A DNA stretch of 54,983 bases, taken from assembly GCA_051889975.1 (NCBI GenBank), contig JBJFDJ010000011.1, positions 1,573 through 56,555 of the forward strand. Reading direction: 5' to 3'. Every line of letters starts with the position of its first letter. Position 1 is the stretch's first letter. This stretch comes from Christensenellales bacterium. Lineage in GTDB: Bacteria > Bacillota > Clostridia > Christensenellales > UBA1242. The position numbers and the translations under genes are program-made. Below the pieces are notes generated by a model. That model was not told the origin of the DNA. It saw only the letters and a program-made list of their open reading frames with translations, and ran no database searches. Positions 1 through 7,489 of the stretch are shown here, piece after piece.

Positions 1-14
1 AAAGTTGCTATTTT

Positions 15-737
15 TTATTTGAATTTGCTTTTAAGTTTTTCAATTATTTTATTTTCTAATCGGCTTACTTGAACTTGACTTACATTTAAGATATCAGCAA
101 TTTCGCTTTGAGTTTTATCTTGAAAAAATCGCAAGGCAATGAGTTGCTTGTCCTTTTGTGGCAATTCCTTTATCAAATCTTTTAAAACCAAACTATCAAT
201 AAAGTTGTCAGTATGATTTTGGTCCTCTATGCTTTCTAAAATTGTTCTGCTGTTGGGATTTGTTTCGTCTTGTTTGTCATCAAGTGACAAAAGAGCCTTT
301 CGGCTATCAATTGCAAAAACAATTTCTTGCTCATCCACTTTAAATTCGTTTGCAAGATGTTCTATGCTTGGGTCGGCATCGTGATTTTCTCTGTATTTTT
401 GTATATATTTTGTAATTTGCATATTTAGTGATTTTAATGCTCTGCTAACTTTTATTGAGCCGTCATCACGCAAAAATCGTTTGACTTCCCCTGCAATCAT
501 TGGCACAGCATATGTTGAAAATTTAACTCCAAAACTTTCATTAAAGTTGTTTATTGCTTTAACAAAACCCAGTGAACCAAGTTGAAAAAGGTCGTCATAC
601 TCCACGCCTTTGTTTCTGTAAATTTTGATGACACTTTTTATCAGTGGCATATTTTCATTTACAAGAGTTGATTTTGCTGTTTCATCGCCATTTTGCGCTT
701 TGTGTATTAAATTTATAGTCTCATCTGCTGACAGCAT
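15..737 (-). CDS. sigF: Sporulation sigma factor F (sigma-70 family)
   Basis: Sigma-70 regions 2-4 are readable (DLFQLGSLGFVKAINNF, FSTYAVPMIAGEVKRFLRD, C-terminal HTH SQSEIADILNVSQVQVSRLE). It is the third gene after spoIIAA-spoIIAB. The ORF track extends to 749 (TTG). I prefer the ATG at 737, preceded by GGTGA. Confidence 0.85.
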   Translation of the reverse strand: MLSADETINLIHKAQNGDETAKSTLVNENMPLIKSVIKIYRNKGVEYDDLFQLGSLGFVKAINNFNESFGVKFSTYAVPMIAGEVKRFLRDDGSIKVSRALKSLNMQITKYIQKYRENHDADPSIEHLANEFKVDEQEIVFAIDSRKALLSLDDKQDETNPNSRTILESIEDQNHTDNFIDSLVLKDLIKELPQKDKQLIALRFFQDKTQSEIADILNVSQVQVSRLENKIIEKLKSKFK

Positions 738-1188
738 TGTTTTCACCAACCATAGCCATTTTTTTGCTTCCTATATGTTTTGTCATATAAACAGTTACGC
801 CTTTGCTTTTGTTTCGTTCAAGTTTAAAACTGTCCATAAAACTCTCTATAACCGTAAAGCCCATTCCACTTCGGTCTTCTTCTGGCTTTGTTGTAAAAAA
901 TGGCTCTATTGCTTTTTCAAGGTTGTCAATGCCAACTCCGTGGTCGGTTATGCTTATGTGAACATCTGTTTGAGTTAACTTAACTTTTATTGTTATGTCG
1001 CCAACTTTGTTTGGATATGCATGCACAACACAATTTGTAACTGCTTCACTTACGGCAGTTTTAATTTCTGTAATTTCGTCTAGTGTTGGATTTAGTGGCA
1101 AACAAAAACTTGCAACACTGCTTCTTACAAAACTTTCGTTTTCGCTTATTGCTTTAACTATCATTGTCATTTCATTTTTAACTTTCAT
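721..1188 (-). CDS. spoIIAB: Anti-sigma F factor / serine kinase SpoIIAB
   Basis: The N-terminus MKVKNEMTMIVKAISENESFVRSSVASF and the HATPase-like motifs (AVSEAVTNCVVHAY, DHGVGI, GMGF) are typical of SpoIIAB. An AGGAG Shine-Dalgarno lies 7 nt upstream. It sits between spoIIAA and sigF. Confidence 0.85.
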   Translation of the reverse strand: MKVKNEMTMIVKAISENESFVRSSVASFCLPLNPTLDEITEIKTAVSEAVTNCVVHAYPNKVGDITIKVKLTQTDVHISITDHGVGIDNLEKAIEPFFTTKPEEDRSGMGFTVIESFMDSFKLERNKSKGVTVYMTKHIGSKKMAMVGENNAVSR

Positions 1189-1198
1189 TTTTAATCTC

Positions 1199-1507
1199 CT
1201 AGTTTATTTTTGGCATAATATTAAACAGACCCGTCATATTAAATATTTTTTCTGCGTGCTTACTTGGGTTGCAAATGTAAATTGGGATGTTTTTTTCTTT
1301 AAGTTTTTTGTAACGACCAATCAAAATTCCAACGCCGGTGCTGTCCATAAATTCTAGTTCACTTAAATCAATGATAACTTGATTAAAACCATTTTGCTCA
1401 AACAAATCGTCAAGTGTTGTTTTTATGTAAACTGCATTGCTTTCGTCAAGTTCGCCACATAGCATCACATACATAATTCCGCTATATATTCTGTTTCTTA
1501 TTTCCAC
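1199..1507 (-). CDS. spoIIAA: Anti-sigma F factor antagonist SpoIIAA (STAS domain)
   Basis: A STAS fold is indicated by the phosphorylatable-serine motif FMDSTGVG. It is the first gene of the spoIIA operon. The ORF track starts at 1534 (TTG, no SD). The GTG at 1507 has AAAGGAG 8 nt upstream. Confidence 0.8.
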   Translation of the reverse strand: MEIRNRIYSGIMYVMLCGELDESNAVYIKTTLDDLFEQNGFNQVIIDLSELEFMDSTGVGILIGRYKKLKEKNIPIYICNPSKHAEKIFNMTGLFNIMPKIN

Positions 1508-1558
1508 AAAATTATCTCCTTTGTTAAATATCAAATAAAGGATATCACTTGCAAATGC

Positions 1559-1597
1559 AAAAAAAATGACAACCTTTGCTAGATGTTGTCATTTTTT
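1559..1597 (-). terminator. Intrinsic terminator after the YwaF-like gene, upstream of spoIIAA
   Basis: The 9-bp stem aatgacaac / gttgtcatt (1565-1573 / 1585-1593) is followed on the minus strand by a run of 8 T. Confidence 0.7.
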
Positions 1598-1628
1598 GTA
1601 AATAATTTAAAATGAAGATAAAATTATT

Positions 1629-2420
1629 TTATTCTGTTGCTACGCTTTCATTTGTGGCGTCTTTTTTATTTTTTTGCTTTGCGATTATTTTTTTTACAAC
1701 AAAATCAATCAAATATATGATTGCGCACATTCCGTAAACAGCAACAAAAACCACAAATGGCATAAGCCATGAAGGTATAAATGGAAATGTTGAGCCAGTT
1801 ATAAAAAACCAATCATAATGATGTCCGTCAGGTATTCCTAAATATGCGTAATTTCCGAAGAATGCCCAAATGATAATTGCAACAAGACCAACTGCTTCTT
1901 TCCAAATATTTTTAAAGTTTAAATTAACAGCTTTAAGTGTAACACTTAAAAAGCCCCAAGCGAAAACAAGTCCATGAAAAACAAATGTTTGAACAACCTT
2001 GTAGCACCATGGTGTAACTCCACCAAGTGCAGAGCCAGGATATGTAATATACATTAATGATGCCACAATGGCAAAGCAAGTAATAACGCTTCTCACTGGT
2101 TCAAATTTTTTGTTGAATTGTGCAAAAGGAATAAATACTGCAGTTAATGTGCATATATGAAAAGGAAGTTTGTCAATATCAATTTTACCTTGTGAAAAAG
2201 GCATTATAAAGAAATCTAGTATGTATATTCCAATAACCAAGTATGCAAGGGTTTTTAATGTAATTGTTTTGGCTTTGTCAGATTTTTTTCTTAAAAGAAA
2301 ATAGCCACCCAACGATAAACCAAAAATTAAGACTATATATAAAATATGCCAAATTGAAAATAAAGTAATTTCAGCACTTCCTGTGCTTGTTCCAAAAATG
2401 TTTTTAAAAAATTCATTCAT
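1629..2420 (-). CDS. Polytopic membrane protein, YwaF / TIGR02206-like
   Basis: The protein has about 7 predicted TM helices and the motif LPFHICT, typical of the YwaF family as I remember it. It is paralogous in length and topology to the upstream ORF. AGGAG lies upstream of the ATG. Confidence 0.5.
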   Translation of the reverse strand: MNEFFKNIFGTSTGSAEITLFSIWHILYIVLIFGLSLGGYFLLRKKSDKAKTITLKTLAYLVIGIYILDFFIMPFSQGKIDIDKLPFHICTLTAVFIPFAQFNKKFEPVRSVITCFAIVASLMYITYPGSALGGVTPWCYKVVQTFVFHGLVFAWGFLSVTLKAVNLNFKNIWKEAVGLVAIIIWAFFGNYAYLGIPDGHHYDWFFITGSTFPFIPSWLMPFVVFVAVYGMCAIIYLIDFVVKKIIAKQKNKKDATNESVATE

Positions 2421-3195
2421 TATTAATTTTCTCCTGTTTTTTATTGTTATTTAATTTAAGTTTTAGTTTTGAATACCAACGCTCTTCTTTTTTTAAGGCA
2501 ATTTGTTCAACAAGTGCAGTTATGATAAACACCACAATAATTGAAACTAAACCAATAATATATGTGTTTATCCATGGAATAGCCGAAAATGGATTTTCCA
2601 GCAAATACATACAATTTGGAGGTGCTAAATTTGCAAGTCTATAAAGCCCTATGATTATTCCACCATCTAACAAAAGAAAAATCAAACCAAAGAAAACGCT
2701 TACAACATTTTTGACGCGAATTTTTATGTATCCACCAGCAAGCAAATATATTGAGCCAAACAACATAACTGAGTGACTTAACAACCCTTTTAACACACCC
2801 CAGTCAGCCAAATTTGGATTTGAACTATAGATTTCATTGAACAAAATGCCAATAATTCCACCAGCAACACCAAGATAAAAAGTAAATTCTGCAATATAGG
2901 AAAATATTTTTGATTGTTTGTTCTTAAAGAAACTAGAAATTACAAGAAGCCACATTGCTACGTTGCATGGATATATGGGTAAAAGCATAGTGTTTTCAAT
3001 CATTGCACTTCCCGTTGAAAAAAAATCAACATACAAACTTGAATAATGTATTACAACGGTTAAAATAGCAGATATTTTTAAAATAAAATCCTTACATTTT
3101 TGTTGCTTTACAAAAAAACAGCACAAAATAATTAAACATATTGTAATAATACCTGAAATAACAATATATAAGGTGTGAGATAAATCAAATAACAT
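2413..3195 (-). CDS. Polytopic membrane protein, YwaF / TIGR02206-like (tandem paralog)
   Basis: Same topology as 1629-2420, with 8 nt of overlap. The ORF track extends to 3252 (TTG, no SD). The ATG at 3195 gives 260 aa, matching the 263-aa paralog, and sits 7 nt after a TATAAT box. Confidence 0.45.
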   Translation of the reverse strand: MLFDLSHTLYIVISGIITICLIILCCFFVKQQKCKDFILKISAILTVVIHYSSLYVDFFSTGSAMIENTMLLPIYPCNVAMWLLVISSFFKNKQSKIFSYIAEFTFYLGVAGGIIGILFNEIYSSNPNLADWGVLKGLLSHSVMLFGSIYLLAGGYIKIRVKNVVSVFFGLIFLLLDGGIIIGLYRLANLAPPNCMYLLENPFSAIPWINTYIIGLVSIIVVFIITALVEQIALKKEERWYSKLKLKLNNNKKQEKINNE

Positions 3196-3202
3196 CAACA
3201 TA

Positions 3203-3231
3203 ATTATACAAAATTCAACATAAAAAGACAA
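3203..3231 (-). promoter_or_regulatory. Putative sigma-A promoter, TTGTCT-17-TATAAT, 7 nt before the ATG (leaderless type)
   Basis: The reverse complement of 3193-3231 reads TTGTCT, 17 nt, TATAAT, tatgttg, ATG. Confidence 0.35.
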
Positions 3232-3569
3232 TCTTTTAATATGCTTATTCAAGTTTTTTTTAAATTTAAAAAAATATAAAAGTTAAACTTACCACAAAAA
3301 TTTGTTTTTTAAGTTTTTGGCAAGTTTTAGTTCATGTTTACGGAACAAAAAATTAAAGTTCACAACATAGGGTTGTTGATATATCAGAAGAATTTGCAAA
3401 TTATCCAACAAAACAATGGACATTTACACAAATATTGACAGAAGTTTAACAAAAGACAGACTGATTAAATTATATAATAATTTATACCCTAAATTCTGAC
3501 GCAACTTTAGACGCAACTTTTTTCAGAAAAGTTAATAAAAACTAAATTTTCAAATAAATTAATACAAAA

Positions 3570-3615
3570 CAAAAAAAGTGCTGAACTGCTAGATTTTACT
3601 AACAAATTCAACACT
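3570..3615 (-). terminator. Intrinsic terminator of the tRNA operon
   Basis: The minus-strand RNA forms the stem AGUGUUGAA / UUCAGCACU (3607-3615 / 3577-3585). It contains one U-G wobble that only works on the minus strand, and is followed by UUUUUUU. Confidence 0.7.
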
Positions 3616-3623
3616 TTTTAATT

Positions 3624-3708
3624 TGGTGGGCAGAGATGGATTCGAACCACCGTAGGCTATGCCGACAGATTTACAGTCTGCTCCTATTGGCCACTCAGGC
3701 ATCTGCCC
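3624..3708 (-). tRNA. tRNA-Tyr (GTA)
   Basis: The reverse complement GGGCAGATGCCTGAGTGGCC...GACTGTAAATC...GGTTCGAATCC...CCCACCA shows anticodon loop CTGTAAA, a long variable arm and an encoded CCA. Confidence 0.93.
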
Positions 3709-3754
3709 AAACTCAAAAATGAGTTGTTGAGTTATAAAAACTCGGATAAATAAA

Positions 3755-3830
3755 TGGAGCTGGTGATAGGAATCGAACCTACAACCTGCTGATTACAAAT
3801 CAGCTGCTCTGCCAATTGAGCCACACCAGC
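3755..3830 (-). tRNA. tRNA-Thr (TGT)
   Basis: The reverse complement GCTGGTGTGGCTCAATTGGCAGAGCAGCTGATTTGTAATCAGC...GGTTCGATTCC...CACCAGCTCCA shows anticodon TGT, discriminator U and an encoded CCA. Confidence 0.93.
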
Positions 3831-3854
3831 ATTTAAGTTAAGCAATGCTTAACT

Positions 3855-3930
<76 letters not shown>

Positions 3931-4018
3931 ATGTCAGCCAAACAAGTTGATACTTTTTGACTTATGTATAGGAAAAGCATTTCTGCTATGTTGTTAAATT
4001 TGCACCTTTCGGTGCTAT

Positions 4019-4095
4019 TGGCGACCCTAAGGGGGCTCGAACCCCTGACCTCCGCCGTGACAGGGCGGCGCTCTAACCAACTGAGCTACAGAGCC
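4019..4095 (-). tRNA. tRNA-Asp (GTC)
   Basis: The reverse complement GGCTCTGTAGCTCAGTTGGTTAGAGCGCCGCCCTGTCACGGCGG...GGTTCGAGCCC...GGGTCGCCA shows anticodon GTC. Confidence 0.93.
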
Positions 4096-4104
4096 AAACA
4101 AAAT

Positions 4105-4181
4105 TGGTGGACCTTCACGGACTTGAACCGCGGACCGACCGGTTATGAGCCGGTTGCTCTAACCAACTGAGCTAAAGGTCC
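4105..4181 (-). tRNA. tRNA with CAT anticodon, most likely tRNA-Ile2 (lysidine type) rather than elongator Met
   Basis: The reverse complement is GGACCTTTAGCTCAGTTGGTTAGAGCAACCGGCTCATAACCGG...GGTTCAAGTCC...AAGGTCCACCA. It is not an initiator (no CGCGGGG start). The body resembles Firmicute tRNA-Ile and tRNA-Ile(CAU) as I recall them. Confidence 0.88.
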
Positions 4182-4205
4182 ATCACAGTGCAATTGCACT
4201 ATTAT

Positions 4206-4281
4206 TGGTCGGGGTGGAGAGACTCGAACTCCCGGCCCCATGGTCCCAAACCACGTGCGCTACCAACTACGCCACACCCCG
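4206..4281 (-). tRNA. tRNA-Pro (TGG)
   Basis: The reverse complement CGGGGTGTGGCGTAGTTGGTAGCGCACGTGGTTTGGGACCATG...GGTTCGAGTCTC...CACCCCGACCA shows anticodon TGG. Confidence 0.93.
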
Positions 4282-4313
4282 ACAAATAAGCCATTTTGTT
4301 TGCTGACTTATTT

Positions 4314-4342
4314 ATGATAATATAAAATAAACTATTTGTCAA
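4314..4342 (-). promoter_or_regulatory. Promoter of the tRNA operon, TTGACA-17-TATCAT
   Basis: The reverse complement reads TTGACA (4342-4337), a 17-nt spacer, and TATCAT (4319-4314). This lies about 30 nt upstream of tRNA-Pro. Confidence 0.6.
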
Positions 4343-4399
4343 CAATTTTTTTTAAGTTTTTTTAAATATTTATTTACTTTTTTATTAACAAAAAATTAT

Positions 4400-5212
4400 T
4401 TAATTTTTATAATTTTTTTCAATCGTTTTTAACCAGTCAGATTGCACATTTTGTGCCTTAACTTTTTTGTTGACAATTACTTTTGCCACAGATTTTTGCG
4501 CCAAAACACTGGCAATAAACTTTTCTAAACCACTTACAATGAACACTTTGTCATCTTTTATGGCAATTTTAATTGGTTTTAAAATCTTGCCACACAAAAG
4601 TTTGTTTTTGTAATATTTAACATAATATGAATTTATATGCGAAAGTTTTTTGCATGGAATGTAATTTTGCACATCTGTGTTTAAAACAACATTTATATAA
4701 TTTAAAGTTTCTGGCAAAGACTGATTGTAAATTATAAAATCAAACTTGTTTTTTTGTTTTTGCTCATATTTATATCTTTTAAGACGCAGTTTAATTTGTT
4801 TTTCTTCTCTGCCCTTTAAACGATTTTTTAAGTCTTTTTTATGTTTTGTTGTTAAAAATATTTTAACAATTTTTGTTTTGTCGGCAAGTTTAACGCAAAT
4901 GTTTTGCGCACCTTCAACGCCAATATCTTTTATTAATATCTTGTCCTTTTTTATGTAGTCATCAAAAACAAGATATGATGAGCCGTAAAAATTGTTGTGA
5001 ATATGCTCATATTCAATGAATTCATTATTTTTTATCTTTGTTTGAAAATCTTCTTTTGAAATATAAAAATAAGGATAGCCTTCAACTTCTCCTGCCCTTT
5101 TGTCACGAGTTGTAAAGGTTGGCATCATAACAATATCGCCATTGCTGTTAATCAATTCTTTGATAACAGTGTTTTTACCCACGCCCGAACTTCCTGTTAA
5201 AATAACAAACAT
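4400..5212 (-). CDS. Guanylate kinase-like protein with a C-terminal extension of about 90 aa
   Basis: P-loop GSSGVGKNT, the GMP-binding block TTRDKRAGEVEGYPYFYISKEDF, and EYEHIHNNFYGSS are present. Residues from about 185 to 270 (KILKPIKIAIKDDKVFIVSGLEKFIASVLAQKSVAKVIV) are extra. It is the last gene of the cmk-plsC operon. Confidence 0.65.
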   Translation of the reverse strand: MFVILTGSSGVGKNTVIKELINSNGDIVMMPTFTTRDKRAGEVEGYPYFYISKEDFQTKIKNNEFIEYEHIHNNFYGSSYLVFDDYIKKDKILIKDIGVEGAQNICVKLADKTKIVKIFLTTKHKKDLKNRLKGREEKQIKLRLKRYKYEQKQKNKFDFIIYNQSLPETLNYINVVLNTDVQNYIPCKKLSHINSYYVKYYKNKLLCGKILKPIKIAIKDDKVFIVSGLEKFIASVLAQKSVAKVIVNKKVKAQNVQSDWLKTIEKNYKN

Positions 5213-5213
5213 T

Positions 5214-5852
5214 TTATACCTCTAAATTATATTTTTGTTTTTTTGATTTCTTTTTGTAGCCATATTGCTGAACAAGACTTTCAAGCCTTGAACTTAAAAT
5301 TTGATTTATTTCAGCATAAACTGATTTGTCTTTTGCTCTGTCTAAATATGGTGTTATGTTAATTGGCTCGCCAATAACAAGCCTGTTGCGTCTAAAAATT
5401 TTTGCTTTTCTTACCAAAACCATTGGAACAATTGGCGCTTGTGACTTTAAGGCAAACATAACAACACCATTTTTTAAATTTTCAACTTCATCTGGTGTTG
5501 ATGTTCGCGTTCCAGTTGGAAAAATAACAATTGGCTTTTGTTTGTCTTTTAAAATTCGCAAAACGCCTTTAACTGCCTCTATGTCTGCTTGACCACGCTT
5601 GACTGAAACACAGCCCAGTCTTTTTAAATAGCCACCAACCAACTTATTTTTAAATAGTTCTGCCTTGCCCAAGGCGTAAATTCTTGTAAAAGTTTTTGTT
5701 GCAATAATCATAATGTCGGCATTAGACTGATGCGTGCATGCCCAAATACTTTTGCCTTTAATTAAGTTTTTTTTGCCAATTATTCTTGTTGGAAACAACA
5801 GTGTTATCGGCAACCAAATAATTATTAATGTCAACCAAAACCACATAACCAA
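5214..5852 (-). CDS. plsC: 1-acyl-sn-glycerol-3-phosphate acyltransferase
   Basis: An N-terminal TM helix is followed by the acyltransferase motifs HQSNAD (HX4D) and FPTGTR. Confidence 0.8.
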   Translation of the reverse strand: MVMWFWLTLIIIWLPITLLFPTRIIGKKNLIKGKSIWACTHQSNADIMIIATKTFTRIYALGKAELFKNKLVGGYLKRLGCVSVKRGQADIEAVKGVLRILKDKQKPIVIFPTGTRTSTPDEVENLKNGVVMFALKSQAPIVPMVLVRKAKIFRRNRLVIGEPINITPYLDRAKDKSVYAEINQILSSRLESLVQQYGYKKKSKKQKYNLEV

Positions 5853-5853
5853 T

Positions 5854-6531
5854 TTATCCTTTTATATGTTTTAAAAATTCATTTACAACTTCATCTATGC
5901 CAAGATTTGTGCAATCAATCACAATGCTATCTTTGCATTTTTTAAGTGGAGAGATGTTTCTAGTTGTGTCGTTGATATCTCTGTTTATCATATCTTGCAA
6001 AACTTCGTCATAGTTTGCTTTTTCACCCTTTTGCAACAATTGTTTATATCTTCTCTCTGCCCTAACCTTGACATCTGCGTCTAAATAAAACTTGAAGTTT
6101 GCCTTTGGCAAAACCACCGAGCCAATATCTCTGCCATCCATTATAACACTTTGTTCTGTTGCAATTTTTTGTTGCAAAGATTTTAACGATTGCCTTATGA
6201 CTGGCTGTTTTGAAATTGTGCTTGAAATCATACTGATTTCATCGTTATAAAGCCTGTCACTTACATCTTTGCCGTCCAAAAATGTGTGTTGAGTGCCATT
6301 TATAAATTTAACAGTTATATCACTATCTTTTGCAACTTTGCTGGCAACATCAGGTGAATTGATGTCAAGTTTGTTATCTAAATACTTAACTGCATACGCC
6401 CTGTATAAAGCCCCAGTGCTGAGATACATTATGTTTAATTTCTTTGAAAGCGCCTGTGCAATAGTCGTCTTTCCTGCCCCTGCTGGGCCATCTATTGCAA
6501 TTGTTATTTTTTTGTTTAAAATTTTACTCAT
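5854..6531 (-). CDS. cmk: Cytidylate kinase
   Basis: ITIAIDGPAGAGKTTIAQALSKKLNIMYLSTGALYRA is the canonical Cmk N-terminus. The length of 225 aa fits. Confidence 0.9.
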   Translation of the reverse strand: MSKILNKKITIAIDGPAGAGKTTIAQALSKKLNIMYLSTGALYRAYAVKYLDNKLDINSPDVASKVAKDSDITVKFINGTQHTFLDGKDVSDRLYNDEISMISSTISKQPVIRQSLKSLQQKIATEQSVIMDGRDIGSVVLPKANFKFYLDADVKVRAERRYKQLLQKGEKANYDEVLQDMINRDINDTTRNISPLKKCKDSIVIDCTNLGIDEVVNEFLKHIKG

Positions 6532-6537
6532 ACAATA

Positions 6538-6566
6538 ATATTATTATATAATAATGAATTTTGCAA
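6538..6566 (-). promoter_or_regulatory. Putative promoter TTGCAA-17-TAATAT, 6 nt before the cmk ATG (leaderless type)
   Basis: The reverse complement of 6529-6566 reads TTGCAA, 17 nt, TAATAT, tattgt, ATG. No Shine-Dalgarno is present. Confidence 0.45.
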
Positions 6567-6571
6567 ACATT

Positions 6572-7489
6572 TTATTCATTTAAAAATTTTTTTATGTCTT
6601 TGATTATCAAATCAACATTGTTGCAATCATACTCTTTAACGTTTTGCATGCCCTTAAACCAAGTTATTTGCCTTTTTGCATAATGCCTGCTGTTGAGTTT
6701 AATGTTTTCCTTTAATTGTTGCAAGTCAATTTTGTGTTCAAAATAATCAAAAAACTCCTTGTATCCAATGCCACCCATAGACTGACTATCTCGCGTTAAA
6801 TTGTATGTTTTAACAAGATTTTCAACTTCGTCTAAAAGCCCCATTTCAAACATTTTGTCAACTCGCTTGTCTATGCGTTCATAGAGTTTTTGTCTGTCAT
6901 CATTTAAAAAAATGAGCATATAATCATATTCGCTTGTGTTGTTTTGAACAAAAGCTGACTTCTTTTTTCCAGTTAGTTCATAAATTTCAATTGCCCTTAT
7001 TATGCGAACTAAATCTTGTTCACTTAATTTGTTTGCAGTTGCCGGGTCAATTTTTGCCAAAATATCAAGCACATATTTGTTGCCATATTCTTTTGCAAGG
7101 TCTTTATATTTTTGCCTAATTTCTGTCGATTTTTCGCCCAAATCACGCTCCAAGCCAAACAACAAAACTTTCATATAAAGTCCCGTTCCACCACAAACAA
7201 TTGGCAGTTTGTTTTGCTGTTTTAAGTTTGAAATTATATTGTCTGCATCTTGCTTGTATTCGGCAACGCTATACTCCTGATATGGCTCTTTTATATCAAT
7301 CAAATGATGTTTTGCAAGTTGTTGTTCTTCTTTTGTTGGCTTTGCCGAGCCTATGTTTAATCCTTTGTATATTGCAATGCTGTCACAAGACAAAATTTCG
7401 CCATCAAAAAGATTGGCAACTTTAATTGCCAAAGCCGATTTGCCAACAGCTGTTGGCCCACCAATTAAAACAATCTTTTGCTTTTGCAT
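6572..7489 (-). CDS. miaA: tRNA dimethylallyltransferase
   Basis: The N-terminus IVLIGGPTAVGKSALAIKVA...SCDSIAIYKGLNIGSAKPT is typical of MiaA. It follows mutL as in many Firmicutes, with a 1-nt overlap with the mutL stop. Confidence 0.9.
   Translation of the reverse strand: MQKQKIVLIGGPTAVGKSALAIKVANLFDGEILSCDSIAIYKGLNIGSAKPTKEEQQLAKHHLIDIKEPYQEYSVAEYKQDADNIISNLKQQNKLPIVCGGTGLYMKVLLFGLERDLGEKSTEIRQKYKDLAKEYGNKYVLDILAKIDPATANKLSEQDLVRIIRAIEIYELTGKKKSAFVQNNTSEYDYMLIFLNDDRQKLYERIDKRVDKMFEMGLLDEVENLVKTYNLTRDSQSMGGIGYKEFFDYFEHKIDLQQLKENIKLNSRHYAKRQITWFKGMQNVKEYDCNNVDLIIKDIKKFLNE

Noticed and set aside
3964-4170. 68-aa plus-strand ORF across the tRNA cluster.
   Set aside because: It overlaps tRNA-Asp and the tRNA with the CAT anticodon on the opposite strand. 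Its open frame is a by-product of the tRNA sequences.
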